A DNA stretch of 64,000 nucleotides from a virus: IMG/VR virus record IMGVR_UViG_3300037852_000186, positions 1-64,000 of that record; one strand, given 5' to 3'. Position 1 is the first letter of the stretch. The number at the start of each line of letters is the position of its first letter. A model generated the notes under the pieces. That model saw only the letters and a program-made list of their open reading frames with translations. It had not been told where the DNA came from and ran no database searches. The position numbers and the translations under genes are program-made. This document shows, piece after piece, positions 1 to 9,825 of the stretch.

Positions 1-10
1 TGACAGCCCG

Positions 11-1381
11 TCACGAATGTTCCGTGCTGATCGCTTGCGTTAAAGTGATCGCCGTACAGTTGGCCCAAGAACCCGCTGCCAACTGTGTATAGCTCGGCTG
101 TGTTAGTACTATATTATATACTCCAGGAACGCTTCCTATTGCCGCAACGATCTCGGCTGGCACTATATCCCTGGCGATCCTTGACCCGATATTCAGCGCA
201 AACTGCGTCGCCGCTGTATTCGCCGCCGACATCGTAGTCGCTGGGTCCGCGTCAGAATAAAGCGTCACGGTGCCGACGATGGCGTAATCCACTTCAGTTA
301 CCGCGAGTGCATTGACAGTGTCCGTGAGCGGTCGGATCGAGTCCGAGTTAACGATAGCAAAAACCTTGGCGAGTATCGCACCGCTGGCGATAGCCGAAGT
401 GTTCGGGTTGCTGAACGGCTGCACGATAGGCCCCATCAGCACGTACACGTTCACAGTCCCTGGCACTGGCGTCGTTATCAGCACATCGATGATTCCAGGG
501 TCCGCTGACCGCGCCCAGAATTGATAAGCGCCATTCGGCCCCGCCACGCTGAAACGATTAGGCGCGGCTCGGATGCGGTCGCGTAGGTGCGCGTCAGACT
601 CAGTTTGGTTGCCGCCGCTCGTCACGGTCGTGTTCGTCACCGCCGAAACTAGAGTATTCGGGTTAAGCTGGACGGTGAGTTGCCCGATGGCGTAATTGTT
701 CGCGGTCGGCCCCGGCGTCGTGCAAACCGCGTTGATTACGCCGGTCGTGTTGCCGGCTGGAATCGTGAGGTCGCCGAGCGTGGCGAACGAAAACACGCCG
801 TCCTGGGTGCCTACAAGCGTTGCTGACGGCACCACGAAGGGAAGTGTCTGTGCTGCCCCAAGCGCGAATTGCAGAGTGCAGGAGGCGCCTACGGCTGGCA
901 ACCGCGTGACGCCGACCAGTTGCCCGAGATAGTCGAGCATCGGGTAAGCAGAAAACGCCACGAGGCATTGCATGGCCGCGTACTGAATCGCGTTGCGGAC
1001 GAGGGACTCGCGATAGGCATAGAGGTCGATCAGCAGGCGCTCGACTTGCGCTGGGTAAAGCGTGCGGCCGGCTAGGGCTTGGAAGGAGGCGATCATATCG
1101 TTGAGTATCGCGCCGGGGTCTAATCCATCCGCATCGTTAACGAAATTCGGGATCGGAAGAGAAACGATGCCCGTGGGAAGAGATACTACCTGCAAAACTG
1201 CCACACATGACCAGCCGCCCGTGCCATCAGTAGTGAAGGAACCGAGCACAGCTCCCCATGTTGGCGGTATTGGACCAGTAGACCCCGACAACGATGACCA
1301 CTGCTGAATATTTCCTGAGGGGTCCACGATAATTTTTCCAGCCGCTACACTGGAATTTGGCGCCCATGCGGGATTTGGCAT
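11..1381 (-). CDS. gpJ: Baseplate J/gp47 family protein with an extra N-terminal Trp-rich module
   Basis: LDYLG..GVTRL, ESDAHLRDRI, AGP.GAY.FWA, PGTV.VY and IRPLTD.V motifs of Baseplate_J. Confidence 0.92.
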   Translation of the reverse strand: MPNPAWAPNSSVAAGKIIVDPSGNIQQWSSLSGSTGPIPPTWGAVLGSFTTDGTGGWSCVAVLQVVSLPTGIVSLPIPNFVNDADGLDPGAILNDMIASFQALAGRTLYPAQVERLLIDLYAYRESLVRNAIQYAAMQCLVAFSAYPMLDYLGQLVGVTRLPAVGASCTLQFALGAAQTLPFVVPSATLVGTQDGVFSFATLGDLTIPAGNTTGVINAVCTTPGPTANNYAIGQLTVQLNPNTLVSAVTNTTVTSGGNQTESDAHLRDRIRAAPNRFSVAGPNGAYQFWARSADPGIIDVLITTPVPGTVNVYVLMGPIVQPFSNPNTSAIASGAILAKVFAIVNSDSIRPLTDTVNALAVTEVDYAIVGTVTLYSDADPATTMSAANTAATQFALNIGSRIARDIVPAEIVAAIGSVPGVYNIVLTQPSYTQLAAGSWANCTAITLTQAISTEHS

Positions 1382-2043
1382 TACAAGAGCAAGCCCAATT
1401 TGCGAGCAAACTTTTCAGGTGGAAGATTCTTTTTTTTGAGATTGCACGGCGGACAGAGAAGCTGGATATTGCGAATAGTGTTAGAGCCTCGTCGCTCCCC
1501 TGCTTGCGGTGTTAGTGGAACGATATGGTCGATGTGATATCCATCTTTAAGTTTCGCAGGGCAGTAAGCACAGCGATAGTGCTGTCTCCGTTTTAGAGTC
1601 TCAATCTGCTGGGCAGTGAATTTTCCGCCCGCTGCTTTTTTATTGGCTCGTCGTCGTGCAACACGCGCTCGGTCATATTCCGGCGTGGCGGACAAGCCGT
1701 GTTTATAATAATGTTGTCCTATTTGAGCTCGGCGTCTCGCCGCGCAAGATCCGGAACAGCATATGATTTGGACTTGTCGAAGTCGGTAAGCGTTGACCGT
1801 AAAGGTTGCATCGCAGATTGGGCATGTTAGCTGAATCCGTCCACCCTGATAGTGGGGATTTTTGTCACCTGTGCGGCTTTTCCCTAGACAGAAACGGGAG
1901 CAGAAGCGCCCATCTCCGCGTTTTACTGTTGACGATTTGGGCGTGAACACACCCCCACAAATAATGCACGCCTGAAGGATTCTACCCGACAGTTCTGGAC
2001 GATAGGAGGTCTTGGTGGTGGTAGACAAAAGTGTATTTTGCAC
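1381..2043 (-). CDS. HNH endonuclease with N-terminal Cys (zinc) repeats
   Basis: CxxC..F..FCS..C repeats; HIDHIVPL...NIQLLCPPCN. Confidence 0.88.
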   Translation of the reverse strand: MQNTLLSTTTKTSYRPELSGRILQACIICGGVFTPKSSTVKRGDGRFCSRFCLGKSRTGDKNPHYQGGRIQLTCPICDATFTVNAYRLRQVQIICCSGSCAARRRAQIGQHYYKHGLSATPEYDRARVARRRANKKAAGGKFTAQQIETLKRRQHYRCAYCPAKLKDGYHIDHIVPLTPQAGERRGSNTIRNIQLLCPPCNLKKKNLPPEKFARKLGLLL

Positions 2044-2049
2044 GATGGC

Positions 2050-2496
2050 TTAGGCTAAGCTCCGTGGAACCGTAATGGTGAGTTGCTGATTCCCTATATT
2101 AGCAACATCTAGAGCCAATTGCCAGACGATTGTAATCAATAAGTTAGCAAGGGTTCCGGGGACTAAATCGACGACCACGGAAAGGATCCGGACTCTCGGC
2201 TCGAATTTCAAGACACTCTCAACTATCTCGCGCACTAGCGCTGGTCGCGCCACATCAATCGGGGTGTCCAGTAAACTCCAAAGATCGCACGCAAACGTAG
2301 GCCGCAACGGGTCACTCCCTGGCGGCGTAGAAAGGATAATCCCGATGCACTGATTGACATCCGCTACTCCTTGCACCACTAGTCCAATCCCCGCCCCCGG
2401 CGTAACCGCCTGCAACTGAGTGCCGATAGAAGAATCAAGAGCCAGACTCCAATCTGCACTTTGAATATCGTCAAGTGTTACCGCGTTAGCACTCAT
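2050..2496 (-). CDS. gpW: Baseplate wedge protein GPW/gp25 family
   Basis: QCIGIILSTPPGSDPLRPTFACDL...FEPRVRI; position next to J. Confidence 0.9.
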   Translation of the reverse strand: MSANAVTLDDIQSADWSLALDSSIGTQLQAVTPGAGIGLVVQGVADVNQCIGIILSTPPGSDPLRPTFACDLWSLLDTPIDVARPALVREIVESVLKFEPRVRILSVVVDLVPGTLANLLITIVWQLALDVANIGNQQLTITVPRSLA

Positions 2497-2499
2497 TGT

Positions 2500-2811
2500 T
2501 CAGTGATTCCGGGCTATATCAACGTTGGTTAAAGTTCCGCCGAATCGCGTAGCTCCGGTTTGTGGACACGCACTCGCATCACCCGTCAGCGTGACTATTT
2601 CACTGGATGTTTGCGCGCTCGTAAGCATTGACACCAATTGATTATCGGCTGTGCTGAAGTAAATAATAGGCGCCGCCTTCGTGCCGACGGGCATTGTGGG
2701 CACCGGGCCTTGTATGCGGTCAATTGTGCCACGCACTACGCAGGCTGCGTTAGAAATCGCGGCGATAGCTGTAACACTTATCAGCACGATCATCGTTAGA
2801 AAGTGTTTCAC
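2500..2811 (-). CDS. Secreted hypothetical protein
   Basis: GTG at 2811 follows AGGAGAG; MKHFLTMIVLISVTAIAAISNA signal peptide. Confidence 0.65.
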   Translation of the reverse strand: MKHFLTMIVLISVTAIAAISNAACVVRGTIDRIQGPVPTMPVGTKAAPIIYFSTADNQLVSMLTSAQTSSEIVTLTGDASACPQTGATRFGGTLTNVDIARNH

Positions 2812-2850
2812 GTGAAACTCTCCTATGCCGTCGCCGCGCCAAAGACCCAA

Positions 2851-3186
2851 TCATGGGGCATTGTATACAAGAGTCAGCATGCCGTTATAAGGTCTGGCCC
2901 CAGTAGGTCTAAACCTGACAGATATACTACACGCTGCATGTGCGGCCAGCATTGCACCACAAGTATTTGTTTGCGAATATCCTGTCGGCGCTGTGATGCT
3001 ATTAATTCGCAGGGCTACATTCTGTCTATTATTTAAGATTGCTGTTTTGGCGGGGCTGGTTGTGTTTATTTTTTGATTGCCGAACGATAAGTTACCAGGG
3101 AATAGTGTTACAGATCGTGTCCAAATTGCCCGCGCAGTTCCCGTGATGGCTATGATAAATATTACGATGCCGAGTTGTCGTTTCAT
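2851..3186 (-). CDS. Secreted Ig-like (choice-of-anchor D/ASH-like) domain protein, ending before the usual last strand
   Basis: Signal peptide; LSFGNQ..TTSPAKT...NTCGA.LA..A.CSISVRF.PT. Confidence 0.8.
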   Translation of the reverse strand: MKRQLGIVIFIIAITGTARAIWTRSVTLFPGNLSFGNQKINTTSPAKTAILNNRQNVALRINSITAPTGYSQTNTCGAMLAAHAACSISVRFRPTGARPYNGMLTLVYNAP

Positions 3187-3188
3187 AT

Positions 3189-6100
3189 TTATGCTGCTGC
3201 TGCGTCCGCTGCGACTACGTCAAACACCACTTCGCTCGAATAGACCGGACCGACTGGTCCAGGGAACATCAGGGCTACTGCCGCGTGCCAGCGTCCTATT
3301 GCGAAATCGCCAGGTACAACCGAGTATTCCCACTGCTGAGTGATTGTGTTCCAAGTCAGAGGGCGGGTCGTAAGATTATGGTTTTGGTCGCGAAGACAAA
3401 GGGTTGCGACAACCCCAGTGAAATCGTTGTAGCCACGGTTTACTGGCGAGAGTGGAAATCCCAGCACCTTGCCATTGTCCGCGAGCGTGACCGTGAAATA
3501 GCGATTGAAGCCTGTGCGTTCCCCTAGCATTGCGAAAACTGGCGCTCTGTAACCAAGGAGGCTCGCTATCGTGGTTTGGAGAGCGCTGAGTACGCTTTGG
3601 GCGAATTGTCTGATTGCTTGAATTGTAGTCACAACGGGCGCCATTAAGGTCATCGCGCCTTGGGCAATGAATGGTCCAATTCCGCTGAGCCCGAGCGCCG
3701 TGAGCTGCATGGTTACTTGTGCTGGCAACTTGCCCGCGAGGTTGGCGAGTACGGTTACGGTCTGATGAGTTACCGAGACTGCGGTAGCGACAAGCGCCTT
3801 GGTGGTGGAGTTTATCGCAAGTCCGATAATGGTCACTGCAATGATAGGCTTTCGGACTAGAACTCCCAGACTCGCCAATCGTGATGTGGAAATGGATGCA
3901 GCAATGCGGGCAATTAGTCGCGCGCTAGGAGTGAGGGCTTGATTAAGGATTGCACCAGCCGCCGAGATCCTAACCTTGACGGCCGCGATAACGTTTATGG
4001 CTTGGCTGATCGTCGCAAACGCCACATTGCGCGAGACTCGGAATAGAGAGATAAAGCTGGCAGCTACTGCGGGCGACAATATAACGAGCAGGGGTTTGCT
4101 GACGAATCTGGCGGCTGGAGTTACGGCTCGTCCAATTATTGCGTATGCTAAGGTCGCTGCGGTTTTAACTGGCGCCGCCGCGAGCAGCGCAATCGCCGCA
4201 ATCGATGCTGTTGCTTTGCCAATAAACCGGGCCGTAGCGCCTAGTGCCCGCGCGGTGATGGTCACGCTTGCTTTCGCCAGAAACCGCGCCGCCGACGTGA
4301 ATGCCTTGGCGGTTATCGCGTAGGTAGAAATCGCGCCAAGCTTGATCGTCTGAACCGTGGTCGCTGCTTGGCTTACTACGAGAAAAACTACTTGCTTGGT
4401 CATGCTCGTGCTGGCGGTCGCGGCAGCGACGAGCTTGGTGAGTGTGGCAGCGAGTTGGGCTGTAGGTATCAACCGAGAGGCTACGGCAAATGCTCGGCTA
4501 AGAATTGTATAGGTGGCCGTTACGGAGGTCTTGATTGCCGTTAACAGTGTGAGTGCTTGGGTGGAGATTGCTGCGGAAGCGTGTCCGATGAACCGAGATG
4601 CTGGGGTGAAGGCTTTGGCCGCGATGCTCGCGGATGCCTTACCGATGAACCGCGCTGTCACCGCGACGAGCGGGCTGGTCGCTGCATAAATTATTGTGGC
4701 GGTGGTCTTGATGGCCCCTGCTGCATTCAGTGCTTGCGCGCTGATGGCTGCGATGCTCTTGGTGAGAAACGAAGCCTTGGGAGCAAGGGCTTGCGCGAGC
4801 ACGGCGAAGCTTCTGCTCACGGCGGTCTTTACTGATTCGCTAGCGTTGACTGCGCGGTTCGCAATAGCTATCGCAACTGGCCCGAGGAAGCGCGCCGCTG
4901 GTGTAAGTGCCTGAATTGTAATTGCGAGCGCTATACTTGCTGCTGTTTTGATTGTGCCGCTGACATTGAGCGCTCGATTCGATACAGCAAGCGACACTTT
5001 GCCAAGAAGGCGCGAGGCTACTGTCAAGGCTTGGGAGGCTACGGTTAGGATCGCAACTCCCGTGGTTTTGACCGACCCAGCAGGGCTAAATGCCTTCGTT
5101 CCAATGATGACGGTTGCAGTTCCCGCGAACCTCGCGACTGGTGTGAGTGCGTCCGCCGATATTATGAGAATCGCGCTGAGAGTAGACTTTAGAAATTTGG
5201 CGAGATTGTGGGCACGTGGAATTCTTGTTCTCTGCGGTACGGCGTAACGACGCCTCGGGCGCATGCGCCGTGCGGTAGCGTAAATAAATCGCGCGGGCCT
5301 GATTCCGAACCGTCGCTTAATTGGTTGCACAGTAACAACCCGCCTTTTGCGTGTGAGTGCGTGGCGCGCTATTACCAGAAAGCCATTGAGTCGGGGAGCT
5401 GTTCGGCGTTTGAAATTGACAGTGGGAGATAGGAGCTTTTTGCGTTTAACGGCTCGCGCAACCCTGACGAACGGCATTCCGATGGCGTAAGTAAGGTGGT
5501 GTGCAATCCGATTACGGCGTGGCCGTTGCACCGCGCTAGGCCGCTTGCGTATTTGCGCTCGCCTGATTGTGGCCAGAAGCGGCGCGAATCGTCGCTCAGC
5601 TCGGCGCCTTGCCGCTGCCGCTGCAACTCGCGTCATCTTTCGCTTGATCCCGTGCGCGACACGAATGAACGGCATTCCGATGGGATAATAAAGATGTCTC
5701 GCGATTCGAGATCGCCGACGCTGTGCCGCTGCTGGCATGGCCGGTCGAACTCGCAAGCGGAGCGCTGCGTGAGCGGTATGAACTATAAACGTATGGACGT
5801 GCGGCGTAGGACGGAATCGTCGTGGTTGAGGTTGTGGTTGGGATAGGGCGTAACGGCGGCGGGGAGCGTGAGGTCGAGCGCTGCCGACAATCGCTGCTAT
5901 CGCCTGAAGAGCGATAATGATCGCTCCGCCATTGGTATTCCCACCGGCAGTAGCTTGAAATCCGTATGTGCCCGTTGCCGTGACGATCTGATAGGCCGAA
6001 TTAAATCCGTATCCATTGCCATTTACGACAGTTAATGCAGTAAACGTCCCACCCGTCGCGCCATAATCACTAAGTGTTGGCGTAAAGGTGCTACTATTGA

Positions 6101-6578
6101 CAGCCGTCCCAACCAATAGGTCATTGGCGTTAGTTGTGGTAATCGTGCCACTTTGCACATTCGCCGAAACGTTAGCATCAGTTCCGACACTTGACTTATC
6201 TACGGCCGCAGTAGTCGCCACACCGGAATAAGTAGATAGATTCGCCGCTATCCCATTGCCCGTCGAACCGGGGAATGTGCATGCTAACGTTACAATGGTC
6301 GCGCCTGATGGATGATTCAGTGAATAATGAATATCTACCTGAATACCCACAGAAGGAAACGCTGAAACCGGGCAAGACGTTAATTCAGTCCATACAGCGG
6401 AGCCTTGGTTATTATCAGAGACAGAAAATGTACCGAGAGATGTAAATCCCGTGTTTGGTTGCGATGATGAAGCTAGGACAAGACAATTTTCTCCAGCCGC
6501 TAACGTCAATGAGGGGAGAATCAGCGAACTACCGGACCCATTGTTGCCGCTAGTCTGCTGTTTAAAGACAATCGCCAC
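3189..6578 (-). CDS. Giant putative fibre protein: N-terminal beta domain, Arg-rich linker, Ala/Thr/Ile repeats, C-terminal BppU-like domain
   Basis: 1129-aa ORF tightly packed with neighbours; ALTPAARF/ALNAAGAIKT repeats; C-terminus paralogous to 11811..12113. Confidence 0.7.
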   Translation of the reverse strand: MAIVFKQQTSGNNGSGSSLILPSLTLAAGENCLVLASSSQPNTGFTSLGTFSVSDNNQGSAVWTELTSCPVSAFPSVGIQVDIHYSLNHPSGATIVTLACTFPGSTGNGIAANLSTYSGVATTAAVDKSSVGTDANVSANVQSGTITTTNANDLLVGTAVNSSTFTPTLSDYGATGGTFTALTVVNGNGYGFNSAYQIVTATGTYGFQATAGGNTNGGAIIIALQAIAAIVGSARPHAPRRRYALSQPQPQPRRFRPTPHVHTFIVHTAHAALRLRVRPAMPAAAQRRRSRIARHLYYPIGMPFIRVAHGIKRKMTRVAAAAARRRAERRFAPLLATIRRAQIRKRPSAVQRPRRNRIAHHLTYAIGMPFVRVARAVKRKKLLSPTVNFKRRTAPRLNGFLVIARHALTRKRRVVTVQPIKRRFGIRPARFIYATARRMRPRRRYAVPQRTRIPRAHNLAKFLKSTLSAILIISADALTPVARFAGTATVIIGTKAFSPAGSVKTTGVAILTVASQALTVASRLLGKVSLAVSNRALNVSGTIKTAASIALAITIQALTPAARFLGPVAIAIANRAVNASESVKTAVSRSFAVLAQALAPKASFLTKSIAAISAQALNAAGAIKTTATIIYAATSPLVAVTARFIGKASASIAAKAFTPASRFIGHASAAISTQALTLLTAIKTSVTATYTILSRAFAVASRLIPTAQLAATLTKLVAAATASTSMTKQVVFLVVSQAATTVQTIKLGAISTYAITAKAFTSAARFLAKASVTITARALGATARFIGKATASIAAIALLAAAPVKTAATLAYAIIGRAVTPAARFVSKPLLVILSPAVAASFISLFRVSRNVAFATISQAINVIAAVKVRISAAGAILNQALTPSARLIARIAASISTSRLASLGVLVRKPIIAVTIIGLAINSTTKALVATAVSVTHQTVTVLANLAGKLPAQVTMQLTALGLSGIGPFIAQGAMTLMAPVVTTIQAIRQFAQSVLSALQTTIASLLGYRAPVFAMLGERTGFNRYFTVTLADNGKVLGFPLSPVNRGYNDFTGVVATLCLRDQNHNLTTRPLTWNTITQQWEYSVVPGDFAIGRWHAAVALMFPGPVGPVYSSEVVFDVVAADAAAA

Positions 6579-7178
6579 TTAACTATCGCTTTGTATCGTG
6601 GAGGCGTGGAATACTATTGCGGGAGAAGTACCAGGAAAGTCTAACTCGAACGTTGCTAAGGGCGTCAAGAGTCCTGCCGTGAATGTTACCAACGAATTTG
6701 CTGTCGCTGTTACGACCGTCAGAGATGGGGCATGCGTGCCTACTCCCGTCGCATTAATAACTAACGGTGGCGGTGTTTCTGGTACGGGCGGTGGCATGGT
6801 TATAGGCAATACGAACTGCTGACTCAAAGTCGAGAAACAACCCACAACGATCAATGGTGCCGTACTATTGCTGACTGTCAATGGCTTCGTTGCCACGGCT
6901 GACGGGGAAATTGAGATCGCGCCCGTAACAGATGTCGCACCGCGCACTCCGAGTACAAGGCATGCCACGTAAGCGCTCGTCGAGAACGGAAACGCAAATA
7001 TGCGCCCGGCATCGCCGCTAGCTACTGTATAAGATAGAATTGTGATAGGGGCAGTATGGGCGACGAGATTCCAGCCACCGACTACTCCAAGTACGGGGCC
7101 GACGATACCGACTATATAGATATCGCCGACTTGTGCGTCGTTCTGGACAGCAACGTTATATCCGGTGGCATAAGACAT
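6579..7178 (-). CDS. Hypothetical beta-rich virion-associated protein
   Basis: GD(I/L)...GW motif resembles the N-terminal domain of 12113..15814; ATG 7178 avoids overlap with the upstream gene. Confidence 0.55.
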   Translation of the reverse strand: MSYATGYNVAVQNDAQVGDIYIVGIVGPVLGVVGGWNLVAHTAPITILSYTVASGDAGRIFAFPFSTSAYVACLVLGVRGATSVTGAISISPSAVATKPLTVSNSTAPLIVVGCFSTLSQQFVLPITMPPPVPETPPPLVINATGVGTHAPSLTVVTATANSLVTFTAGLLTPLATFELDFPGTSPAIVFHASTIQSDS

Positions 7179-7209
7179 GACATTAGTACGCTTAACGCAT
7201 TCGATGATA

Positions 7210-9825
7210 TCAAGGTCCGCAGCCGCTGGCGCCCGCCTTGCACACAGTAAGGAAAGTACCGCCGCTGCTGTTGCATGTGACAGCATTATGAATAAGATGG
7301 ACATCTGTCACGCCAGCAGGTAATACGAAGTCTGGTGTCGATGATTGTTCTATCCCACCCGGTCGAAACAACGCATATTGAGCGAGAATCTGTGCATCGT
7401 GCGTTCCATCAAATAGCCCGTTGGGATTATCGTTGCTCATTACATTGTTCGCTCCTGGTTGACCCCACCAATTCATATACGTAGAAATCCCACTTCCAGA
7501 AGAACCATAGTTGATAGTGCCCGAAAACGTGCTAGCGAAACCATTGTCATTCACGAGCACTTTTGAAGGGCCGCTGATATTAACCGTGCCAGAGCCTGGT
7601 CCAAATGACTGCCCGAGGTGAGTAAGAGTATATGTGACATTAGCGCCACCGTTGATCGTGATAAATGGATTCGAGTTAGGATTCGCCATCCCTATGTCAC
7701 TTACGATCACAGATCCCGAGTTGCCAGTATCCGCATAAAGGATTGGGTTATTCCCGCCAGCGAGGTTGAGTTCATCCCAATTATGCTCCGCAACAACGTG
7801 CCCTTGATTGGTCACGCTTGCTACAGGCCCGATATTGTCATTGTATTCCCATACACGCAGCGCCGATGGGGACGCGAAATTGCCATCGCCATTAGCCGTG
7901 TATGACGATGTTAAGCAGGGGCACGTCCTCCAATAATCGCCAGCCGATGATCCACCATTCCAATCTACTATAGTATTAGTTAGCCCGGTGGTTTCAACAT
8001 TAAATGCGAGATTGCCATTGACTATGGCCAGATGCTGCCATGCAGTCACGCGAGCAGCGCCGACATTTCCCGGACCTGTAGCCGCACTATCTTCTGAATC
8101 TACTTGAACAATTACGGACTCGCTCGTCCCGCCTAAGTTCATATATTCCAGGCTAGCCTTACCTGGAGATTGTATCTGTATCATTGGCGTAATAGTGGAA
8201 TTTGTAGTGAGATATGTCGGCCCTGAAAAATACGCTCCCTCCCCTACGATATGTACATCGCAATGACCGGGAATAACCAATGTCGCATTTAAAGTGTGCG
8301 TGCCCGACGTTAGGTGAATTTGTGGGTGATTGCCGCCTTGGTATCCACTCGGACAAGCAGCGTTGACATCGCCTTGAATGTTACTACCTGCCTCGTCGCT
8401 ACCCGCTGAACCGCACTGCGCCGACGATCCACCGTTGAAATAGCATAGGCGATGTGGATTCCCTGATCCAGAATCTATTCCGGTGTTTGGTGGCGTCGGG
8501 TAACAACTAGATAAGTCTGTACTGGTGCTTCCCGAGATAGTCGGACAGGCGGTGCTGATACCAGTAACGCCATAGGTGTCGTTAATCTCTTTCAAACGAG
8601 GATTGCTACCGAGATTAAAACCTCCCGAACCTACGCTGAATTGATTGCCGATGGCCATAGCCGAACCTTGGTTAGCATTGCCGGTGAATGGAGTGCCGCT
8701 ACTTACAATTTGATTATCGAGTGCTAGATATCCAGTCTCACCAGCCATATTTACTGCGTTGCCGCTAGTTGGATTGAGAATGCGGTTGCCACGTAAGGTG
8801 ACGCCCGTGTCTCTACCGTCATTGTTCTGATAAAACCTACCAGAGCCAGAGCTTACATTATTGACCATCGAGAACGAGATGTAGTTACCTGATTGAGTAT
8901 CTATATCGTATGTGTTCGAGTGTATAAATACAGATCCTACGGAGTACCAGCCGCCAAAGGCGTTGGCGTAAATGCTTATATTGTTATTGATGAACGTGTC
9001 AAACATGGACGAGTTATTTTGATTATTGCCGCCCGACGTGATAGGGCCACAGGGGTCACCAGCGCCGTTGTCACCTTCGTAGATTGCGCAAGTAAAGTTA
9101 TAGAAGCGCCCGCGTATAATTTGGGTGTCAGGCGGCTGTAGATTAAGTCCTACGCCACCCTGTGCGCAAGGAAATGATGGGGGATTCAAAGAGGTGGGAG
9201 CACATCGTTCAAACGTGACATCCGTGATTGCTCCTTGCCAGCCCCCAACGGAGACACTGCCAGATTCCAGGAATTGCATACCCACCGATGCGGTAGCATT
9301 CAGATTCCAAGTCAACCTGTGAATATCCAGGAGAGACACGTCATAACCGGCCGGACTGGAGAACATCGGCGATACGCTACCACTATTCCATTTAAGTATG
9401 GTATCCGTGGGGCTGTGACCATACATGCGCGGTGGATAATATATAGCGGAATAGCCCGCACAGCCAGAGTTAGTACTGTTGCAAGCCGTCCATGTCAGAG
9501 TGCTGCCGAGCAGATACGTTCCAGCGGGGAAATAGAGTGCGCCGCCGTTATGTTGCTCGTAGGTGATACAGGATTGCAACGCAGCATCCACATTACCCGT
9601 CAAGCTCGTACCCGTGCCGGTACATACCGCACCCCCTCCACCGACCGGAGCCCCCGTCTGAACATTAATCCATGAAGCGTAGGGACCAGCGAATTCATCC
9701 TCGGGGGTGTTGGCCGACACTACAGTTCCCGTTCCGCTTAGATTCACGGTTCTAGTCGCGGCAATCGCGGACGTAACGCTGAAGTTGAGTAGAATGAGAA
9801 ATATGAGAAATAGTTTACGGACCAT
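7210..9825 (-). CDS. Secreted pectin-lyase-fold (parallel beta-helix) protein, tailspike/depolymerase-like
   Basis: Signal peptide MVRKLFLIFLILLNFSVTSAIA; D.ALQ.CI...GALYFPAGTYLL cap motif, and a second cap (AAC...IHLTSGTHTL). Confidence 0.75.
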   Translation of the reverse strand: MVRKLFLIFLILLNFSVTSAIAATRTVNLSGTGTVVSANTPEDEFAGPYASWINVQTGAPVGGGGAVCTGTGTSLTGNVDAALQSCITYEQHNGGALYFPAGTYLLGSTLTWTACNSTNSGCAGYSAIYYPPRMYGHSPTDTILKWNSGSVSPMFSSPAGYDVSLLDIHRLTWNLNATASVGMQFLESGSVSVGGWQGAITDVTFERCAPTSLNPPSFPCAQGGVGLNLQPPDTQIIRGRFYNFTCAIYEGDNGAGDPCGPITSGGNNQNNSSMFDTFINNNISIYANAFGGWYSVGSVFIHSNTYDIDTQSGNYISFSMVNNVSSGSGRFYQNNDGRDTGVTLRGNRILNPTSGNAVNMAGETGYLALDNQIVSSGTPFTGNANQGSAMAIGNQFSVGSGGFNLGSNPRLKEINDTYGVTGISTACPTISGSTSTDLSSCYPTPPNTGIDSGSGNPHRLCYFNGGSSAQCGSAGSDEAGSNIQGDVNAACPSGYQGGNHPQIHLTSGTHTLNATLVIPGHCDVHIVGEGAYFSGPTYLTTNSTITPMIQIQSPGKASLEYMNLGGTSESVIVQVDSEDSAATGPGNVGAARVTAWQHLAIVNGNLAFNVETTGLTNTIVDWNGGSSAGDYWRTCPCLTSSYTANGDGNFASPSALRVWEYNDNIGPVASVTNQGHVVAEHNWDELNLAGGNNPILYADTGNSGSVIVSDIGMANPNSNPFITINGGANVTYTLTHLGQSFGPGSGTVNISGPSKVLVNDNGFASTFSGTINYGSSGSGISTYMNWWGQPGANNVMSNDNPNGLFDGTHDAQILAQYALFRPGGIEQSSTPDFVLPAGVTDVHLIHNAVTCNSSGGTFLTVCKAGASGCGP

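Noticed and set aside
2811-2853. Possible TGA readthrough fusing 2851..3186 to 2500..2850 (LGLWRGDGIG vaguely like the missing strand)
   Set aside because: The downstream gene has its own AGGAGAG RBS, GTG start and signal peptide, and TGA is a normal stop elsewhere in the window.
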